Source: Phoronis australis (taxonomy: Eukaryota > Animalia > Phoronida). Taken from it: a DNA stretch of 49,089 nucleotides. Below, piece after piece: positions 24,001 through 36,000 of the stretch; within the stretch, counting starts at the first letter, position 1; every line of letters starts with the position of its first letter. The notes beneath the pieces were generated by a model that was given only the letters and a program-made list of their open reading frames with translations, did no database searches and had not been told where the DNA came from. Made by a program: the position numbers and the translations under genes. The stretch covers positions 165,950 to 215,038 of the forward strand of contig NMRA01000671.1 in assembly GCA_002633005.1 (NCBI GenBank), written 5' to 3'.

Positions 24001-27000
24001 GGTCTTTAAATTCAGCATCTGACTTTTGACAGAATATAAATTTTGATTGGTGATATAAACATATTCCATATTGCACCGGAAGAGGTCGTTTAGTGCAAAG
24101 GTCATATAATTTTCAAAATGCTACTCCTCCTTCAGTTTTAAAGCTATCTTTTTCAAATTCGGTGCACAGGTATCAGTCAACAAAACAATTTAAAAAATTG
24201 CTTTTCTAAGTAATCGGGTTATCCAATGAGGTGAAATAGGTCAAAGGTCATTAGGTGCAAACTAAAATTTTGAGCTAGACACTTCAAATTGACAGGTCTG
24301 ATTGCCACAGGTAAATCAAATCGGAATCCAAAGTTTCAGGTCATTTAGTGCAAATATGGGGTCATTAGGTGCATTTTTCTTCTGAAAATTTGACCTTTTC
24401 AATCTGCAAGTATTCTGATATTTCAACCGTTAGACAACTGTGATTCTCAGCGTTAAACACACTTTCCATGGGCTTTGCCTTCATTCTCCTAAAGATGCTT
24501 AAAATGCACCGAATAAGGTCAATTAGTGCAAAGGTCATGTAACGTTCAAAATGTTATATGTCTTACGTTTTTCACGGAATTCTTTTCAATTTCAGCACAC
24601 TGGTGTAAGTCAACGTGCCGGTTGAATACCCTACTTTACTTCGCAATAGGCGTAACCAATGAGAAAAATAGGTCAAAGGTCACTGACTGCAAACTAAAAT
24701 TTTGAGCTAGAGACTTCAGAATTACGTATCTGTTTACTAAGTGCGATTGAGTTTGAATTCTAAATTTTCAGGTCATTTGGTGCACCCATGGGGTCATTAG
24801 GTGCATTTTTCTTCTGACAGTTTGACCACTTCATCCATCTTGTATTCTGAAGTGCTTAAAGTAAAACATCTGTGATTATTAGCATTAACCCCACTTTTAA
24901 TCGAGTTAACAATTACTCCCTCATCGGGGCTCATAATGCACCGGAAGAGGTCAATTAGTGGAAAGGTCATCAAAAAATTAATATTGTAATTTCTCCTACA
25001 ATTTTAAAGAATTCCTTTTCATATTGGTAAACGGGTTGCTGTCAGTAACTTCCTATAATAATTCCAGTAATACGCACGCGCAGAGTCCGTTATTGTCACG
25101 CCGTGACAATAATCTTTCTAGTTCTTCTTATTCTTCTTATTCTTGTTCTTCTTCCGACCAACTTTGAGGCTTAATAACTCCAAAATGGGTGCAGGTACGG
25201 TCTTGAAATTCAGCATATGACTTTTGACAGTATTAAAATTTTAATTGTTTATATAATCATATTCCATATTGCACCGGAAGAGGTCGTTTGGTGCAAAGGT
25301 CATATAATTTTCAAAATGCTACTCCTCCTTCAGTTTTAAAGCTATCTTATTCAAATTCGGTGCACAGGTATATGTCAACATGACAATTTAAGAAATTACT
25401 TTTCTAAGTAATCGGGTCATCCAATCAGGTGAAATAGGTCAAAGGTTATTAGGTGCAAACTAAAATTTTGAGCTAGACACTTCAAATTGACAGGTCTGAT
25501 TGCCACAGGTAAATCAAATTGGAATCCAAAGTTTCAGGTCATTTAGTGCAAACATGGGGTCATTAGGTGCATTTTTCTTCTGAAATTTTGACCTTTTCAA
25601 TCAGCAAGTATTCTGATGTGTCAACCGTTAGACAACTGTGATTCTCAGCGTTAAACACATTTTCCATGGGCTTTGCAATAATTCTGCTCAAGATGCTTAA
25701 AAGGCACGGGATCAGGTCAATGAGCGCAAAGGTCATGTAACGTTCAACATGTTATATCTCTTACGCTTTTAAGGAATTCTTTTCAATTTCAACACACTGG
25801 TGTAAGTCAACATGCCAATTGAATATCCTACTTTACTTTGCAACAGGCCTAACCAATCAGAAAAAATAGGTCAAAGGTCATTGAGTGCAAACTAAAATTC
25901 AGAATTACGTATCTGTTTACTAAGTGCAATTGAGTTTGAATTCAAAATTTTCCGGTCATTTGGTGCACCCATGGGGTCATTAGGTGCATTTTTCTTCTGA
26001 AAGTTTGACCACTTCATTCATCTTGTATTCTGAAGTGCTTAAAGTAAAACATCCGTGATTATTAGAATTAACCACACTTTTAATCGAGTTAACAATTACT
26101 CCCTCATCGGGGCTCATAATGCACAGGAAGAGGTCAATTAGTGGAAAGGTAATCAAAAGATTAATGTGTAATTTCTCCTACAATTTTAAAGAATTCCTTT
26201 TCATATTGGTAAACGGGTTGCTGTTAGTAACTTCCCATAATAATTCCAGTAATACGCGCGCGCAGAGTCCGTTATTGTCACGCCGTGACAATAATCTTTC
26301 TAGTTCTACAACTACAGCACTGCAGAAAACTGTTGTTGTTGATGTTACACAAGTTATCGCACTGTCGTATGTCATGTTCCCACATTTGGTTGGCTTTCAC
26401 CTGTAAAGATAAACCAGTTATTTTTGCACAGAGTTACTTATATAGCTTTTCGATGCAATAACTTGTTGGACATGCGGGTATATATCACGTTGATTAGCCA
26501 TAGAAAATGACCGTTCACGAACAATACTCCTTATTCACGCAACGGCCATTTTGAAGTCAGAACGAGTTAAAAGTGTCAAATAAACAATATGTCGGCGGGT
26601 GGCTGGAGTATACAGTTACAGTGGCTGCCTTAGATGAAGGTAGGATGCCACAGGCAGGGGACGTAAACATTCCCAAATCCAAGCAGCAGAAGGGTTATAA
26701 CAACTTCATTCAAGGATGCTTAGTCACAGTGTTGAACGTAAAATACATTTTAATACAGGGCACATATCCATACCACTTCACCGAGTAATTGACCTATATC
26801 TAGCTCCGCCCTTATTTGAAAAGTCGCCGACAACTTGTTTTTGACGGGTAAAAATGCGGCTTGAATACCCAGTCGAAAGTGTGTCTAGAGAGTTTCTTCT
26901 GACTGGTCAGTTAAGACATATGTCAAAATGCTGGCCACCAATGTATGTAGAGCACCCTTGAATCGAGTGAATAAAGCACGATTGCCGTTTTTTTTTTTAC

Positions 27001-30000
27001 AAGCTGAAGCTTTCGTGCTGAAGTAGTTGCTACCACTTCATCAATACAGTCACTCAATGATAGGCCTAACTTTAGCAACAGTTGACGAAATTTACTATGG
27101 CCCAATCCTATGGCTGTGGCTTTGGCTGTGTAGTGTTTTCTACTGAAGAAATATCATCATATACATGTAGGTCCCCGTTTGTCTATAATAGCATCAAACA
27201 TGGCTGTCACTGCTACCAGCACCAGTGTATTTTCGCCGGATAGTCTATATAAGTGTCCCACGGGATCCGAACCGCCCTCGCACGGTAATTTTCCTCTGCT
27301 GAAATCGAGGAATCTTATGCACCGCCTATATCTGCCCATTGGCAAAATCATGTTGAATGCATGACTGACGGGGTAACCTGGTGACTGACTTCTTGTCGGG
27401 GAATGGCAGCTGGAAAGCTATTACATGTATTTAGAAAAAAATGACTCACTTCAGGGATCATCGGAAAATAACATGCCAATTGACCCACAGGACGTCAAAT
27501 GTATCTAATTTAGAGAACCTACACGTATGCATCCCTAATTTCATGGCGACACAAGTTCAAGACCAAGTTAAGCAACCCCATTGCGTCTCTAACAATTTTT
27601 AAGCCCCAATGATGCGACCCTAAACATATCCTGGCACTTGCAAAGAGCTTCCATAAAAATGGATTGTTCTACAACCTCCTCGACCAACAAACAGTACAAC
27701 CCCCTCGACCCACGTCCCCGTTGCCCTACGACCCACAACTCCCTCGACACAGTCCACACGAACTCAACCCGATCGGAATATAGAACAAGCACTGACTTGA
27801 GGGACCAATGACTTGGGCCGAGAACTCGACTGGCCTTCCCCTGTTTTTTTTTGCAACGAAGAGTCGATTCTGCAAGCCTTAAAGACAAAAACAGAAAAAA
27901 ATGCTACCAAATCGTTGCAAATGCCGTTCCAGGCGAAGTGTATTCGTCTCGCCTGCTCTACACTGAATGTCAGATTCAACCTTTTTGCGGAGAGTGCGTG
28001 GAACCGACAAAAACGCAATTTCATTAGAAAATGCATTTTGAAAAACAATCTGTTAACTAAAAAGAATTTCAACGTTACATGAGTATCTTGTAAATGAGTA
28101 TACAACATACAGCAAATAATGAAAACTTGGAATTATGTACATTCACGTTAACATACTGTCTCCTTAAGTTTAGTAGAACTGAGCCATTCACCTATTTCAC
28201 GAACGCGGGGCGCTGCTGTCGTGTTGATCGAAAACGAGGCACTTTGACAAACATGGCATCGTCCTGCAAGGTGGTGCGGTCAAAAGACTTATCAACGTTA
28301 CCAAAAATCAAGTTATCTGATATTGAATCGATCTCCAAAAACATACCAATACGCACGGCAACTAGACTTTTACCCTACTCAGCCGTTCCTTCGTAGTTTT
28401 CCCTCTTTTGGAAAAGTGTGGAAGTCAGGCTGCGCGCCAGCTGGGCGAGTGCCGGAGCCAGAAAATCTACTCGCCCAGCCCGAAGTTCAGTCACCCGGCC
28501 GTTGGAGCCATTCACCACAAAGTTGCTGCTAGTTGATATAAAAATCATCGTTTTGTGCACTGATGTCACCATCTATTAGGGCTACCGTATTCGCCCTAAT
28601 AAGCGCCCAGAGGGGGGGGGGCGCTTTTTGTTGCCTACGGCGGTTAAAACCCGGTCTCCGAAACGGGTGAAGTCTCGGAAGCTAGGATTCATCAAATTTA
28701 CGCGCTGTGACGCATGTGTAACCTATGACAGACTGTCTACAAAACTGTGGTGCATTGCTATCAAACTCTGTTGTTAAATTATGATCTTTTTAAAAAAATG
28801 TGCTGAAATCCCAGGGCGAAAACTTGCCGACTCAGTGCGTCGCTGCTTCGCGATCGTCCGTAGGACAACTTGAATTCTTGAGTAAAAATAATTTCGACTC
28901 AAATTACCTGAAATCTTCCTTAAGTTTTCCAGATAGCCTTTCCTAAGATTCTAAGATCCGGTGGACTCGGAGTCGGGATTAAAAGCAGATTAAGTAAAAA
29001 CCTGCGCTAGATCGCACCCCGCAACGAGAAAAATCTGGACGAACTCATATGTTGTTACGTGACGTATGTATTGAAGTGAGTCAACAGGTGTGCACCGAGT
29101 GAGCGAGCGCGTGCGTGTCATCAGTGTTCATTTGCCAGAGTAACGGGCCCAATGAGCTGTATATGTAGTTATATTTAAAGGCTAATGCCACCCGATTTAA
29201 TTAGTCTTTTTTACCGTCTTAATCGGTCTGGGGCCACATCGGCTCGTACACGGTCGACCTTACCTTGCCGAGAGGTGTCGCGTTAGCCTGTGAGGAAGGT
29301 GAGAAAGTCCGCAGCGACGTCAGTGGTTCGTATGCAGAGTGAATTCCGCCATGGTGTGGTGTGTCGTTCCTGCCTGTTCGAACTATGAAGCGGCGAGGAA
29401 AGCGGGTACATNNNNNNNNNNNNNNNNNNNNNNNNNNNNNNNNNNNNNNNNNNNNNNNNNNNNNNNNNNNNNNNNNNNNNNNNNNNNNNNNNNNNNNNNN
29501 NNNNNNNNNNNNNNNNNNNNNNNNNNNNNNNNNNNNNNNNNNNNNNNNNNNNNNNNNNNNNNNNNNNNNCAAAACTGTGGTGCATTACGATATTTTTAAA
29601 AAAATGTGCTGAAATCCCAGGGCGAAAACTTGCCGACTCAGTGATGCGTCGCTGCTTCGCGATCGTCGATAGGACAAATTGAATTCTTGAGTAAAAATAG
29701 TTTCGACTCAAATTACCTGAAATCCTCCTTAAGTTTTCCAAATAGCCTTTCCTAAGGTTCTAAGTTCCGGTGGAGTCGGGATTAAAAGCTGATTAAGTAA
29801 AAATCTGCGCTAGATCGCACCCCGCAACGAGAAAAATCTGGACGAACACATATGTTGTTACGTGACGTTTGTATTCAAGTGAGTCAACAGGTGTGCACCG
29901 AGTGAGCAAGCGCGTGCGTGTTATCAGTGTTCATTTGACAGAGTAACAGGCCCAATGAGCTGTATATGTAGTTATATTTATCTCATTGAGCAGGCCCTAG

Positions 30001-33000
30001 CGCGCTTCTTGGCCAAGTTTCGATTCGCGGTTTTTATAATTTGACATGTACAAAGGAATCTGGATTCCTGTGGTAGGAGAAGATCTGCACGGGAAAGATA
30101 CAATACGGCCAATCTCGTTACCAGTACGCTGCGTCTGTTCTGAAGGGCCAGACAATATAGTGTGACACTTTCCTCGCAAGATCAGCAAATCTTTTGCGTT
30201 CTTTTTGAAGCACTGCGGAACGGTTTGAAGTGTACAGCCACGGCTAAATACCGACATAGCGGCGAGGCTCGTGGTCTACTAGAAATTCCGCGCACAATGA
30301 TTTTTCAGGACTGTCGGATATTATTAATAATTTGAATACATTACTGTAGAATTTTAGAACTGTGGGGTAAGGCATTTTTTCTCACAAATATATACACATT
30401 CATGGACTGGGCGCTTGTTTTAGCGAAGTCTGAAAACGAGTGGGGACGCTTATAGGGGCATGGGCGCTTATTAGGACGTATGTTATAAAAATAATTTTGG
30501 CTAAAATGACATTGTACATTACAATAAGAAATCAGTTCCAAGAAATATAGTATTTCATTTGCTATGAGCACATGGACCGGTCTTCCACCTTTCTCCCATT
30601 TTCTTCGTTTCGGACTAGTCCACAAATTCTTTGTGCACCTCCACATACTGTGTTTTTTGACCGAATCGCGTAACGGGTGACATGTACTGAATCGGTAGGG
30701 TCGCACTGCGTCGATGTTTTTTAGTGCCGGAGCATCGACACGATGACCAAACTGAACCTTAAATTCATGATAGAAACAGCACAAGGAGGAGGAAAATTAT
30801 TCATATTCATCTGGGAAACGATATATAGTGCTTTTGCGCTCTGATATTCGCTCGCCACCGGGCGACCGGCAAGTCAACTTCTACTCGCCCAGCACCATTT
30901 TTACTCGCATTGGCGACTGGGCGTGTGGCTAAGTATATCCCTGGGAAGGATAGCGACGAGTTATTACTGGAATTGGTACGTTCAGGCAGTGCACAGTACA
31001 CCATGGCCAGCTGATGATCTCTCACGAGGTTTTATCAGTGTGCCTCCTTTTCGATCAGTATTTAAAGATGGGGCGGGAAGATGGCGCTTTCGTGAAATAG
31101 GTGAATAGGTAGTCTCTCGAGGAACTATTTTGGTGACAACCATAATGCGCTCACAATGCGGTATTTCAGATCACTTTCTCACGCCCCTTTCTGTTTTTAA
31201 TCACCAGAGTTGAGCCAGACCAGACTCTCGTGAAGGTATGTCTTATGGGGAAGTCACTCCGCGACGTAATAACATTATGAAATATGTGAAAAGCGCAAAA
31301 ATGTCTCTATTGCTGCGGGTCGTAGGTCGACGGAGCCGTGGGTCGAGGGGTTCGTGGGTCGAGGGTGTCGTGGCTCAAGGGGGTTGTGAGTTGAGAGGAT
31401 CGAGGGGTGTGGACGTACAGGGGGTTTTAGAACAATCCATAAAAAATATCCCTTTTTCATCTTTTGTTTCAGAATCACATCCGCCTTTTACAAATTTGTA
31501 GCGGTTAATTCTTTAAGCTCTCAACAAAAGTGGGCCCAAGATCATAGGCAAATTTAGGAGGGAAGGGGAGGGCACCCCCGCCCTTACGGACACAGCAAAA
31601 ATGAAAAATGCAAAAAAAGAACAGAAATATGGGAACATTCTGACATTTTTCTTCGAAAGCTGTGGTTGCCTCCCGTCCCCCCTCCTGCGATATTCTAAAT
31701 ATTCCGCTGAAGACACCCTTTCAGAGATAACTTTGCTTCGAAATGCAACGTTTCGGAAAGAAACTGGTTATGGAAAGCATATGGAGCTGATTGTCCCATA
31801 CTCCTCTTCTGCGGCGGTGCCCCTTGTTATCTGATACTCACTTCGTGTTAATTAACTTGCGCTGTTTTAAATACTAATTTCTTGTACCTCACGACACCAC
31901 GCCATAATCATTATTTACAAGGTCTGCTTATCCATCAATACGTAAAAATAAACCTCCGCACAAATTTCAATTAATATCGTTTGTCAATTGATTATTGTCA
32001 GAATATAGTCTGACAGTATTTTCAGTTTGTTTTGTTTGTTATTCTGTTTGATTGGCATGACCCCTGAGTTAAGTACAGTGATGATGTAATTTGTTTGCTA
32101 CAGAATAGTGTGGAACTTTCTAGAAGACTGAGGTCAGAACAGTGATGATGTAATTTGTTTACTACAGAATAGTGTGGAACTTTCTAGAAGACTGAGGTCA
32201 GAACAGTGATGATGTAATTTGTTTACTACAGTATAGTGTGGAACTTTCTAGAAGACTCTAGCATGACAGTGATTGATGCAGTCTGGAATATTCTAGAGAC
32301 TACTACATGTTTGTAGAATGATTGGGTAGGTTCCAGAAAGTTCTGGTATGTGCTTGAATTGATGAAAAGTTCTAGATCAATGCATTAGGCTATAAATACA
32401 CAAGCACAGGTGTGTGTTAGTCACTTGAGTCCAAGAGGATTAAGTGAGTTGAGTCCAAGGAGATCAAGTCAGCTCAAGAAAGTTAATCAGGAGAACTACA
32501 GTTGAGTTGCAGTGAAGAGAATCAGCAGTTACAGCGATGGTAAATAGAGAGCCAGCTTTAGAGACAGCAGGTTATTGTACCTACGAGTGTAACAGTTGCT
32601 GAAACTGTCTCAGAAGTTCATCACAAGTCAAGGCTTCGCAGCACTGGCTGGAGCATAAACAGACATTACGTCGGACGTTTTGTTTGAGTAGGCTTGTGAA
32701 CGTACGGTCGGGATTAATAAAGGATTAACTCGAACCAGTCTTCAGTCAATCTTCGCACCGAAAGCTATTAGCACCGGTCTGTAACAACCTGCGCCCACCC
32801 ACACACGGGGAAAAACGTGACAATTATGATAAAATTTTTTTATGTTTTGTTTCGTTGTTACTATTTGGTTTTTGACGACGAAAATTCTATAGTTTGGAAT
32901 AGTAGAAAAATATTATTTTGCTCATGATCGCAGCCTTATGTCCCAAATTTTAGATACCGGTAGTTATAAAGGCTGTCCAAATTTCATGAATTGCTGCAAA

Positions 33001-36000
33001 GACGACAAGATACTTTTTACGAGTATCCAAATCTACTTTCAAACCGTGTTATATAATTGCGTGCTGTGTCTCAAATTTCAGAAATGTGATAAATGCAAAA
33101 GTTTCTGGTGTCTCAAATTTCAGAATCGGGAAAAATAACTTCACTTGGATTTCAGTCAACCAGACCTACCCAAACTAGAGAATTTTTCCTTGTGTTGAAA
33201 ATGAAATATTTCAACTTAAGTCTATTTTACCTCGTCCTGGTATTTGTTCGGCTAAATGTCCGCTCATTATATTTTCAATGTTTCCTTACAAAATGCAAAC
33301 ATTACAGTGATCGATGTTTCGCGTGAAATTCACTTGCAATATTTTTCGTCACCACCTACCTGAAAATATTTACCCACATCCCGACGTATATTTATTAATC
33401 ACTGTTAGGGCTCCTGCTGCTGTGTTGTGAATATGAAAAAGACAACTCACTGTTCTGGGCCCGGTCTCCAATCTTTTTACTCGAAATGGAACTCGAAATT
33501 AGGTTTGGCATTTTCTACTCTACTTTTGGGCGAACTCAAGATAAAAGTCTAATATTCTATGCTCGAGTACACAATAACTTACGTAGATAATTTGTTGCCC
33601 TTAGTTCACAGTTTGTAAACCCAATATTAAAGCAATAAGTTCGAGTTTGAACTCGAAATTTCGAGTTTTTACTCGAGTTTGTAGCACGAATATAAGGGTC
33701 TTCAAGGGCAAACTTGAATTAGAAACTCCTATGCATAAAGTATAATGTATTCGAGCACAGTCTGATAACCAATTACATGTATCTTAAGTTCACACAAAAG
33801 GAGCAGAGAAATTACCAAAAATAGTTTTGAGTTCGTTTCGAGTACAAAGATTAGAGACCGGGCCCGGGTCGCATATCGCATCATCTACACACAGAGGAAC
33901 ACGTCCATATGCGACTTGTCCATCTTTGTTTTGCCCTGTTTTCTCCATGATCTGGGTCACGCGTGAATAAGCTGTACCTGCGAAAAGGATGGAAAAACGT
34001 CGCTTTCAGATTGACAGCCAAGACGGCTGAAAATGTACACAAGTGGGTTGTGTATTACAAAACTGTATGTTGGATTTTTTGTAGTTGTCAGATGGCACTG
34101 GATGGGCATCGACAAACATTGGCGTAATACAAAATCAATGCAGCACTACCATCCAGAAATCCCCATCACTATGGGTACCTGCTGATACAACCGGGACATC
34201 CTCTGGACATGCAGCAACACTGAAGCTGCCATCGTTGATTACAGACACCTTGTGTCCTGTAAACTGCAATGAACATGGAACTTGCAAAGAAGGTAAAAAT
34301 TTGTTAGGTGAAATTGAACCTTGGATGCAATCAATGCAGCACAATTCAAACGAATTACAGTTTGCAACGTTCTTTTGTAGCGTGTACTCTTCAAGCAAAC
34401 AAGGGAGACAACTAAGTACACGAAAACAATGCAGGTGTGATCAACCCCAAGCCACTTTTGCTAACACGCCGCCCTAAAAATCACTGAATAATGAACGTTA
34501 TCATATGTACGTGTAGTGATTCCACATACACTAGAAACGTAGGGAGCGCTTCAGGGATGGAGATACGTAACCCCCCCTCGACCCTAATAGTTAGCAGTTG
34601 TCGGAGGAAAACCTTGGTGACAACTGACGTACATGTAGGCTTGGGCAAGGGTCATTTGCCTCTCAGGTTTTGTACACAAATGAGTGTCTGAAAGGAGCAA
34701 CAAAGACTATGGCGATGTCTGCTATTGTTTATGTACATGTACACGTTTAACTTGTAAACCGTAAAATGATACCGCTGCGCAGTGCCCCAAATTGATAGAA
34801 TTTATTAGTCAGCCAATTTTTACACAGATTGATATCAGTCGTTTCAATTTAGTCAAATTTTTAGTTAATTTGTGATGAGGTTTAACATGTTGTGATCTAC
34901 AGCTAGCCTCCCCTCCCTTTGTTTCTTCTCCATTTCAAACTTTTCCCGTTCCAGTGTTATGTCTTGCTCTCGTATTTTCAGCTCTGCATCATATTTTTTC
35001 TTTAAGAAAGTTAATATACAGTTATGTGTCAGTTGAGACCACATAACGCTTTTTGGGAGCGACACAGCTAGCTGTGAATGAAAAAAATAATGTTAACCCC
35101 CATCACAACAATAATGGGAACGGCTGCACTGAAACAGCATACCATTATAGCGGAGAAGGAAGTCACGTTTATAAACAAACTTTTTGTTCCTGAAAAATAT
35201 TGGAAGTCGTATTCGTAGTTTGGTAGATGTCTTTGCATTTATTAATTTATTTATTGTGATATTAAAAATGAGGACGGCCTCTTCAGTGACAGCACTGCTT
35301 TGCAAGCGGGCCCTCAACAACGAAATATAAATCAGTAATATAATAACAAAACAATAATTGAAATGCATTTAACAAAGATACAATTAAAACAGTTTGAGAA
35401 TTTAAATGATAAATAAATGTGGAAGGATGATGAAAATTTGGCTAAGAGAGATGAAATTAAAAAAGAGATGATACTAAATAGTGAGAGTATTTACAGCAAT
35501 AAAAAATGACATGATTAAGATAGAGAGGGGGGAAAAAATGGGTATTACTAAGTAAATTACAGTCACTTTTTAATATTAAATTTGAAGGTATTAATTTAAT
35601 CGGACCGTTTTCTGGGCTGCGAATGTCCCACATTGTTTCAGCAGCATAAATAAAAGAAGAGCGTGTAGAGTATATAGCTTGTCTGAGATATCCTGGAGTC
35701 ACGCCATTGACACACCTGTAGATGCAACAGGCAGAGAGATATATTCAATTCTTTGTTTTACTTTCATAAACCCAAGGGGTACAAGTTGTCGAGCCGAGTG
35801 TCCCTTGTTCTAGTACTCAGGATAGCCCAGGTGGTTCTATTTTGGATTACTTGGACTTTACTAACAAGTGTGCCCCCAAGCCGGTAAACACTAATCAAAA
35901 TGAGGCTGGATAATAGAATGGTAAAGTGTCTTATGAGTGCTGACATCAAGAAATTTGCCTAGACGTTTAGGTACACTGATTTACTTGACAATTTCCTTGT

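Larger units (their letters stand above)
28585..30486. mobile_element. Tc1/mariner(pogo)-type non-autonomous element (TA|CCGTA...)
   Basis: Left TA-ccgtattcgccctaataagcgccc and right gggcgcttattaggacgtatgtta. Spans an assembly gap. Confidence 0.6.
28426..30943. mobile_element. CAGG...CCTG MITE (hAT-like) interrupting the THAP exon
   Basis: Shared ctactcgcccagc and gggcga motifs at both ends; GGAAG is duplicated at 28420-28424 and 30944-30948; removing the element restores LSFHTFP. Confidence 0.6.
28189..31103. mobile_element. Internally deleted THAP-bearing DNA transposon (PHIS group, ANT flanks)
   Basis: Perfect 18-bp inverted pair ATTCACCTATTTCACGAA (28186-28203) and TTCGTGAAATAGGTGAAT (31089-31106). 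+ strand MASS...SKDLSTLPKIKLSDIE; - strand THAP MVYCALPERTN...LSF (31004-30944) continuing as FHTFPKEGKLRR from 28423 downward. Confidence 0.75.
27661..31438. mobile_element. Non-autonomous TIR element with GG...CC ends and CCTCGACC subterminal repeats
   Basis: Left GGATTGTTCTACAACC and right GGTTTTAGAACAATCC; inverted cctcgaccc/gggtcgagg arrays at both ends; flanks ataaaaat and ataaaaaat (an AT TSD or a ~8-bp TSD). Confidence 0.75.
26525..33976. mobile_element. Outer decayed TIR DNA transposon (PHIS/ISL2EU-like two-ORF layout) hosting the nest
   Basis: TIRs tactccttattcacgc and gcgtgaataagctgta match at 14/16. Left + strand remnant SKQQKGYNNFIQG; right - strand THAP remnant YGRVPLC...ELSF...*LINIRRDVGKYFQ (33948-33360), split by a MITE. 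Confidence 0.55.

Noticed and set aside
20795-26406. Recurrent ORFs (MTFAPNDLFRC..., MHRKRSISGK...)
   Set aside because: Chance frames inside the repeated non-coding HINE body and its microsatellite.
27157-27363. Minus-strand MGRYRRCIRFLDF resembling a piggyBac RF..I.RFLHF motif
   Set aside because: A single short motif with no other catalytic motifs and no TTAA/CC termini.
34865-35065. Minus-strand coiled-coil peptide (LEREKFEMEKKQRE)
   Set aside because: It may be a Harbinger accessory-gene relic, but it is low complexity and has no supporting termini.
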